Assembly: GCA_031269865.1 (NCBI GenBank)
Contig: JAISYO010000043.1
Location: forward strand, 374-64,373
Reading direction: 5' to 3'
DNA: 64,000 bases
Source: Dysgonamonadaceae bacterium
GTDB taxonomy: Bacteria > Bacteroidota > Bacteroidia > Bacteroidales > Dysgonomonadaceae
This document shows, one piece after another, positions 58,573 to 64,000 of this stretch. Position 1 is the first letter of the stretch; every line of letters starts with the position of its first letter. The position numbers and the translations under genes are program-made. Under the pieces are notes generated by a model. It was not told the origin of the DNA. It was given only the letters and a program-made list of their open reading frames with translations, and did no database searches.

Positions 58573-60060
58573 CTATTCCGCAAACTTATTCACGGCATCA
58601 ACAAAGGCTTCCACCGAAGCGGCGACAATATCGGTGTTGGCTGAAAAGCCGTAGTACAGCGAGCCTTTGTGTTCCACCTGCATATGCACTTTTCCCACGT
58701 CGTCACTACCCCGATTGATCGCCTGTATCAGAAATTCTTGGATCACGGTTTCGCGGCTGATAATTCGCTTTACCGCTTTGATGGCGGCGTCCACCGGACC
58801 GTTTCCGGTTGCGGAAGCCTCGAAATGTTCTCCTGCGATATTCAAACCGATGCTCGCCACGTGGCGAACGCCGACACCGCAGGTTACTTGCAGGTATTCC
58901 ACCTTGATGCGGTGCGATTTGCTTTGGCGTCCAATCATCGACAAAATGTCGTCGTCTTTAATGTCTTTTTTCTTGTCAGCCAATTCGAGAAATTTTTGGT
59001 AGGCATCGTCCAATTCCCCGTTATCGAGCTGCACGCCCAGCAGGTTTAAGCGGCTTTTCAGCGCGGCGCGTCCGCTACGGGCGGTAAGCACGATGGCGTT
59101 GTCGTCGATGCCCACGTCTTTCGGATCAATGATTTCGTAAGTCTGCACATTTTTCAGCACCCCGTCCTGATGGATTCCCGATGAGTGCGCGAAAGCGTTG
59201 CGCCCCACAATCGCCTTGTTCGGCTGCACCGGCATACTCATCAACGCCGACACCAAACGGCTCGTGGAATAGATCTTCTGCGTGTTGATATTGGTTTCGT
59301 AACCCAATTCCTTGTGGCTTTTCAACGCCATCACAACCTCTTCCAACGAAGTGTTCCCTGCGCGTTCGCCGATGCCGTTGATGGTGACTTCCACCTGCCG
59401 CGCGCCGTTCAGCACGCCAGCCAGCGAATTGGCGGTAGCCATACCCAAGTCCTGATGGCAATGGGTGGAAAGAATGGCATTTTTCATATCCACGTGATCA
59501 ATCAAGTATTTGATCTTCGCGCCGTATTCCTGCGGAAAGCAGTAGCCGGTAGTGTCGGGGATATTTACCACGGTCGCTCCGGCATCGACGACAGCCTGCA
59601 CCACACACGCAAGGTATTCGTTATCGGTGCGTCCGGCGTCCTCGGCATAAAATTCCACGTCGTCCACGTAGCGGCGAGAGAGCTTCACGGCGTAAATGGC
59701 GCGTTCGATAATCTCGTCGCGGTTGGAATTAAACTTATACTTAATGTGGTAGTCGGAAGTCCCGATTCCAGTGTGAATGCGTTTGCGCTTAGCAAATTTA
59801 AGAGCTTCGGCAGCCACTTCAATGTCTTTGTCCACGGCGCGTGTGAGGGCGCAGATTACGGGCCACGTAACCGCCTTAGAAATTTCCACTACGGAATTGA
59901 AGTCGCCCGGACTTGAAATGGGGAAACCTGCCTCTATCACATCAACCCCCAAGAGTTCCAAGGCTTTGGCAACCTGAATTTTCTCGATCGTATTCAATTG
60001 ACAGCCGGGAACTTGTTCACCGTCCCTCAGGGTGGTGTCAAAAACATACACTTTTTCCAT
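58573..60060 (-). CDS. leuA: 2-isopropylmalate synthase
   Basis: Starts at [16 protein letters not shown], with [12 protein letters not shown] and a C-terminal LeuA allosteric domain. The 25-codon upstream extension in the ORF track covers the predicted terminator, so I reject it. Confidence 0.93.
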   Translation of the reverse strand: MEKVYVFDTTLRDGEQVPGCQLNTIEKIQVAKALELLGVDVIEAGFPISSPGDFNSVVEISKAVTWPVICALTRAVDKDIEVAAEALKFAKRKRIHTGIGTSDYHIKYKFNSNRDEIIERAIYAVKLSRRYVDDVEFYAEDAGRTDNEYLACVVQAVVDAGATVVNIPDTTGYCFPQEYGAKIKYLIDHVDMKNAILSTHCHQDLGMATANSLAGVLNGARQVEVTINGIGERAGNTSLEEVVMALKSHKELGYETNINTQKIYSTSRLVSALMSMPVQPNKAIVGRNAFAHSSGIHQDGVLKNVQTYEIIDPKDVGIDDNAIVLTARSGRAALKSRLNLLGVQLDNGELDDAYQKFLELADKKKDIKDDDILSMIGRQSKSHRIKVEYLQVTCGVGVRHVASIGLNIAGEHFEASATGNGPVDAAIKAVKRIISRETVIQEFLIQAINRGSDDVGKVHMQVEHKGSLYYGFSANTDIVAASVEAFVDAVNKFAE

Positions 60061-60087
60061 CTTGTTATGATTCAATTTTATTTTTAA

Positions 60088-60120
60088 GAAAAAACCTTCC
60101 CCACAAGTGTGTGAGAAAGG
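60088..60120 (-). terminator. Attenuator terminator upstream of leuA
   Basis: Minus-strand RNA is CCUUUCUCACA-CACU-UGUGGGGAAGG, an 11-bp stem including G-U pairs, followed by UUUUUU. It lies 28 nt before the leuA ATG. Confidence 0.65.
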
Positions 60121-60165
60121 CTTCAATCTTTTCAACTATATCATTTACATATTGATACGTCAATC

Positions 60166-60231
60166 TCACACACTGAACGATTCCAGTAGTAGAATAGAAA
60201 TGACGAGAATATCAATATTGTTGTTGTACAT
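60166..60231 (-). CDS. Predicted leu-ilv leader peptide MYNNNIDILVISILLLESFSV
   Basis: 21 codons, with 9 of the 11 codons at positions 6-16 being Ile/Leu/Val. The stop UGA is embedded in the anti-terminator arm. Confidence 0.55.
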   Translation of the reverse strand: MYNNNIDILVISILLLESFSV

Positions 60232-60267
60232 AATCGGTTTAGAACACGTTATTTTTTGAAATTGCTT

Positions 60268-60275
60268 GCAAAGTA
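60268..60275 (-). promoter_or_regulatory. Near-consensus -7 box TTACTTTG for the leader/leu-ilv transcript
   Basis: Plus strand reads CAAAGTAA, 37 nt upstream of the leader ATG. It has one mismatch to TAnnTTTG. Confidence 0.35.
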
Positions 60276-60390
60276 AAAGCAAAAAACCCAAACTGCAAAA
60301 TGTTTTTCGGTTTTTTCTTTATTAAAATTACATTTTTCTCGTTTTTGCTTCATTCTTTTTTTTTGAGGTGCCATATTCGCTATTGATTTT

Positions 60391-60574
60391 GCCCTTCGCC
60401 CGTGAGGGCGTAATCTGCATAACCGTGAGCAAGGCGAAGCCGCAGCTTACGGTAAGTCATCTTCCCAACTCCACCCCGTAGCGGGTAGCACCCGTCAGGT
60501 TCAACCCGCTTCGGGGTTGGGGCGGAGGGGGCATTCTGTCCGCAGGTTGCGCTTCGCTTACCTGCGGTTATGCA
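60391..60574. repeat. Long quasi-palindromic, multi-hairpin GC-rich element of unknown function
   Basis: Perfect 10-bp closing stem TGCATAACCG (60416-60425) / CGGTTATGCA (60565-60574). Inner hairpins lie at 60423-60452, 60474-60516 and 60540-60567, preceded by GCCCT-N9-AGGGC (60391-60409). Confidence 0.6.
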
Positions 60575-60772
60575 AATTTTGTTCCTTCGAGACATTTTTT
60601 TCGGTTTGAGCGAGCATCTTTGCGAAACTGCCATATACTCCTCAATTTTTAGAAATTTCGGCGGATGCTTAAACCAACGCTGCTTACAAACCTGAGTTTT
60701 GGATAAGAGATTTGGCTGCGGTTCAAAAAATTACTATCTTCGCCCTCGCAATGAGAATAATTTTCAACGATT

Positions 60773-61249
60773 TTGAGAAAAGCAAAACGAGAAATAACGG
60801 ATAAAGACGGCTTGGCGGCTGTTCTCGCGGCGTGCGATGTGTGCCGTATCGGACTCTACGATGCCGCCGCCGCGGAAGTGTATATCGTGCCGTTGAACTT
60901 CGGCTACGATTTTGACGACGGACGGCTGACGCTTTGGTTTCATTGCGCTCGCGAAGGCAGGAAACTCGATTTGGTTGGCGACGGCTCGAAAGCCGGCTTT
61001 GAAATGGATTGCAAGCACGCGCTACGGACGGGCGACACGGCTTGCCGCTTCTCGATGAACTACGAAAGCATTATCGGAAGCGGTTTTATCCGCCCTGCCA
61101 TCAATGTGGCAGAGAAGATGCACGGCTTGGAACGCCTGATGGCGCACTACGGCGGCAGCGGACTGCCGTTCAGCGAAGAACCCCTCGCGTTGGCTGCTGT
61201 TTTACGACTTGACGTTGAGATGTTTACAGGAAAAAGATTGAATAAATAA
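60773..61249 (+). CDS. Pyridoxamine 5'-phosphate oxidase-family protein (Nim-like, Pyridox_ox_2)
   Basis: 158 aa. The N-terminus (M)RKAKREITDKDGL...CRIGL.....YIVPLNFGY is typical of the family. The start is TTG. Confidence 0.7.
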   Translation: MRKAKREITDKDGLAAVLAACDVCRIGLYDAAAAEVYIVPLNFGYDFDDGRLTLWFHCAREGRKLDLVGDGSKAGFEMDCKHALRTGDTACRFSMNYESIIGSGFIRPAINVAEKMHGLERLMAHYGGSGLPFSEEPLALAAVLRLDVEMFTGKRLNK

Positions 61250-61399
61250 AATCTATTGTGCATTTGCAAGAAATTACTCCGTAGGAGTTTTCCGTGAATA
61301 ACCCCCGATGCAATCGGGGGCAGGCAAGTCGTCATTGCGGGCTTGACCTAATGCTAACAATTTTGCCATCCGATTACTTATTTCAAAAAAAACAATCTC

Positions 61400-62041
61400 T
61401 TACGCCCCAAAAATTATCCGTATAATATCCGTTTCCACTTCAAAGCTGTATTTTCGCCCTTTGTCGTCCAAAAAACTTTTCAGCTCTTCGATGCTTGGGT
61501 AGTCATCTTTCCCAACGAAATGCCTTGCATCGTCAATCAGGATAATGGGATTTCCACCGTGGGGATAGATGGCTTCCAATTCCGAAAACAAGGGGCATTT
61601 CTTTTCCCCCGGATTATTTCCGGCGGTAACGCCCCCGGAATAATGTCCGTCCAACCAAAAGATGACGTTTTCGTTGATTTCGGAAAGGACGGACGGCAAT
61701 ATGCGGGCGGAATCGCCGTGCCAAATTTTGATATGCTTGTATTTTTTGAACCTCTCAACTGCCCGCGTGTAATAATAGTCTGCCAATTCAATGGAATGCA
61801 GCGATTTAAAATTTTTCCGCTGCATATAAATCATTTCCCCGGTATAAGTTCCGGTTTCCACAAGCACATTGTAGCCAGACTGCCGTTGGTAGTGCCGTAT
61901 CACGTCTTGTTTTATCGGGTGGGGGGCAGGCAGGGGCTTGCCGCTTTTTTCCCATTTTTTTCGTTGCATATTGCCTTCGACACGTTTCAAGGCGTCAAAC
62001 AATTGTGCCGGCAATGCTTTTTGGATAAATAAGTGACTCAT
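61400..62041 (-). CDS. Class I SAM-dependent methyltransferase (unknown substrate)
   Basis: 213 aa with the SAM-binding-like block VLVETGTYTGEM and an acidic loop SIELAD. The family assignment is weak. Confidence 0.5.
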   Translation of the reverse strand: MSHLFIQKALPAQLFDALKRVEGNMQRKKWEKSGKPLPAPHPIKQDVIRHYQRQSGYNVLVETGTYTGEMIYMQRKNFKSLHSIELADYYYTRAVERFKKYKHIKIWHGDSARILPSVLSEINENVIFWLDGHYSGGVTAGNNPGEKKCPLFSELEAIYPHGGNPIILIDDARHFVGKDDYPSIEELKSFLDDKGRKYSFEVETDIIRIIFGA

Positions 62042-62068
62042 TTATAAGTTATTTTTTAGGGTTTATCT

Positions 62069-63334
62069 CTATCCAAAATCATCGAACATCAACATTTCCG
62101 GCGGAACGCCGAGGCTGTCGAGCATTCCCTTCACGGCGTTTGCCATCGGACCGGGACCGCACATATAGTATTCAATGTCTTCGGGTTCATCGTGGTTTTT
62201 CAGGTAATTATCGAGAATAACCTGATGGATAAACCCAACCGGCCCCGTCCAATTATCTTCGGGGCGAGGTTCCGACAAGGCGATGTGGAATGAAAAATTG
62301 GGATATTCTTTTTCGATGGCGCGGAAATCTTCCTCGTAGAAAATTTCGTTTTTCGAGCGTGCGCCGTACCAAAACGACACTTTCCTGTCGGTAACCTTCA
62401 ATGTCTTGAAAAGGTGCAGCAGTTGCGAGCGCAAGGGCGCCATACCCGCGCCGCCGCCGATAAACATCATCTCGCGCTTGGTGTCGAGCAGAAGGTGGAA
62501 ATCGCCATAAGGACCCGACATTTTCACTTTGTCGCCTGGCTTCAAGTTGAAGATATAGGACGATGCGATTCCGGGGTTCACGTCCATCCAACCGCCTTTC
62601 GCCCTGTCGAACGGTGGCGTGGCAATGCGCACGTTGAGCGTGATGATATTTCCTTCTGCCGGATAATTCGCCATCGAGTAGGCGCGGACGGTTTCCTCGC
62701 CGTTTTTCGCATCGAGCATCCACAACTTGAATTTGTCCCATTCCGATTTGAAACGCTCATCGACGCTCATATCGGTGTATTTGACGGACTCGTAGGCAGG
62801 AATCCTGATTTGGCTGTACGAACCCGGCTTGAAATCGATCGTTTCGCCTTCCGGCAATTTTACCACAAATTCTTTGATGAACGAAGCCACATTGTTGTTG
62901 GAAACCACTTCGCAATCCCATTCCTTGATGCCAAAAACGGCTTCTGGAATCGAGATGGACAGGTTTTCCTTTACCTTTACCTGACAGCTCAAACGCCAAT
63001 GCGCCTGCTGTTCTTTCCGGCTAAAATGCCCTTTTTCCGTCGGCAAAATTTCGCCGCCGCCCTCTACTACACGGCAACGGCATTGCCCACAAGTTCCGCC
63101 GCCGCCGCAGGCGGAAGAAAGAAAAATATGCTGCGATTGCAGGGTGCTCAACAATGTGGCACCCATCGGCACATCTAAATTCTTCGATCCGTTGATTCCG
63201 ATTTTCACATTACCGGACGGTATCAATTTCGATTTGGCAACTAAAATAATCACAACGAGAATCAAGATGATTACCAAGAAAACCACAACGCTTGCAATAA
63301 TCGTCAATCCTGCCGCATTCAACAATATACTCAT
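62069..63334 (-). CDS. nqrF: Na+-translocating NADH:quinone oxidoreductase subunit F
   Basis: 421 aa with an N-terminal TM helix, 2Fe-2S block CGGGGTCGQC and FAD block RAYSMAN. Confidence 0.95.
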   Translation of the reverse strand: MSILLNAAGLTIIASVVVFLVIILILVVIILVAKSKLIPSGNVKIGINGSKNLDVPMGATLLSTLQSQHIFLSSACGGGGTCGQCRCRVVEGGGEILPTEKGHFSRKEQQAHWRLSCQVKVKENLSISIPEAVFGIKEWDCEVVSNNNVASFIKEFVVKLPEGETIDFKPGSYSQIRIPAYESVKYTDMSVDERFKSEWDKFKLWMLDAKNGEETVRAYSMANYPAEGNIITLNVRIATPPFDRAKGGWMDVNPGIASSYIFNLKPGDKVKMSGPYGDFHLLLDTKREMMFIGGGAGMAPLRSQLLHLFKTLKVTDRKVSFWYGARSKNEIFYEEDFRAIEKEYPNFSFHIALSEPRPEDNWTGPVGFIHQVILDNYLKNHDEPEDIEYYMCGPGPMANAVKGMLDSLGVPPEMLMFDDFG

Positions 63335-63351
63335 TTCTTATTCTTTTTTTC

Positions 63352-63966
63352 TTAAATGTTTATCCCTGAAAAACTCATAAACCCGATTGCCATCAACGCC
63401 GTGATGATGAAGGTTATGCCCAATCCTTTCAAGGGTTTGGGAACGTCGGAATAGGCTAATTTTTCGCGAATGGCTGCCATCCCCACAATCGCCAACAGCC
63501 AACCGATGCCGGAACCGAAAGCGTAAGCGGTAGCCGTGCTGACATTGGGAAACTCGCGCTGCTGCATAAAGAGCGAACCGCCGAGAATGGCGCAGTTCAC
63601 GGCGATGAGCGGCAGGAAAATTCCCAACGACAAGTACAAAGCCGGACTGAAACGCTCGATGATCATTTCCACGAGTTGCGTAACCGAGGCGATAACCGCG
63701 ATAAAAATCAGCAGGCTGAAAACACTCAGATCCACGTCTTTGTATTCTTCGCCCAACCAAACCAACGCCCCGTTCTTCAATATGTAATTCTCAATCAGAT
63801 AGTTCAAGGGCAACGTCAGCACAAGCACAAAGGTTACCGCAATGCCTAATCCCAACGCCGTCTTCACGTCTTTCGACACCGCCAAAAACGAACACATACC
63901 CAAAAAGTATGCGAAAACCATATTATCTACAAATATCGATCGTACTATTATATTTATGGAATCCAT
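63352..63966 (-). CDS. nqrE: Na+-translocating NADH:quinone oxidoreductase subunit E
   Basis: 204 aa polytopic membrane protein with an NqrE/RnfA-like sequence. It is adjacent to nqrF. Confidence 0.93.
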   Translation of the reverse strand: MDSINIIVRSIFVDNMVFAYFLGMCSFLAVSKDVKTALGLGIAVTFVLVLTLPLNYLIENYILKNGALVWLGEEYKDVDLSVFSLLIFIAVIASVTQLVEMIIERFSPALYLSLGIFLPLIAVNCAILGGSLFMQQREFPNVSTATAYAFGSGIGWLLAIVGMAAIREKLAYSDVPKPLKGLGITFIITALMAIGFMSFSGINI

Positions 63967-63969
63967 ATC

Positions 63970-64000
63970 CTAATTATTTAGTTTGTTTCTTCTTGAAGCT
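63970..64000 (-). CDS. nqrD: 3' end of the upstream nqr gene (presumably nqrD), cut by the window edge
   Basis: An open frame ends ...SFKKKQTNN* 3 nt before the nqrE ATG. Identity is inferred only from the conserved nqrDEF order. Confidence 0.4.
   Translation of the reverse strand, partial: ASRRNKLNN

Noticed and set aside
60061-60135. 25-codon N-terminal extension of leuA in the ORF track ([25 protein letters not shown])
   Set aside because: LeuA homologs start close to the ..TLRDGEQ motif, as [16 protein letters not shown] does here. The extension is encoded by the predicted attenuator terminator hairpin and its U-tract.
60391-60574. Known structured RNA (RNase P, tmRNA, SRP, 6S, cobalamin or TPP riboswitch, group II intron domain V) or a leu-operon T-box
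   Set aside because: I could not find any of the diagnostic conserved strings on either strand: GGAAAGTCC / ACAGAA..GGCTTA, a tag ORF with a tRNA-like end, a GGAA/AGCA symmetric loop, a B12 box, CTGAGA...ACCTGA, or an AGC-bulge-GNRA 34-mer. It is kept as an unknown element rather than assigned.
60380-60634. 84-aa minus-strand ORF covering the quasi-palindromic element
   Set aside because: The reading frame is generated by GC-rich inverted repeats. The plus-strand 106-aa ORF at 34271-34591 reads in the same way through hairpin repeats and a mosaic repeat (..GIAGQARNDG..). I interpret these as repeat-derived spurious ORFs.

Overview
This is a 64 kb chromosomal segment that looks like an order Bacteroidales genome. 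The evidence is TAnnTTTG -7 promoter boxes in front of most transcription units, the Nqr Na+-pump, an S46 dipeptidyl-peptidase, FISUMP-domain lipoproteins, and no Shine-Dalgarno sequences. Most of the window is housekeeping: PBP1A, GH127 plus an esterase, recG, glyA, lgt, a flavodiiron protein, nagB, dacB, glyQS, a Wzx-like flippase, DPP, ddl, rluD, rpmH, tRNA-Glu, rpsT, panBCD with split coaB/coaC, a UvrD-like helicase, tdk, mutS, Sir2, three FKBPs and nqrFE. The largest unit is a 12.6 kb single-strand leuA-leuC-leuD-cimA-leuB-ilvD-ilvB-ilvN-ilvC string. I predict it is controlled by an Ile/Leu/Val-rich leader-peptide attenuator. It is interrupted by a RAYT/IS200-like Y1 transposase gene and a decayed four-helix-bundle gene. 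The intergenic DNA is unusually structured. It contains a modular mosaic repeat family (stop-rich word tracts, a GTGCTAATG box, and GTCATTCC-hairpin-GGAATCCCC), hairpin arrays, a long quasi-palindromic element, a (TG)28 microsatellite, and 85-bp direct repeats bracketing a FISUMP lipoprotein cassette. There is one intact HigBA pair and several toxin-antitoxin and IS relics. I found no CRISPR array, no rRNA, and no clear multi-gene defence island. The most novel-looking items are regulatory or repeat-based rather than a new protein system. All homology calls come from motif recognition by eye, not database searches.
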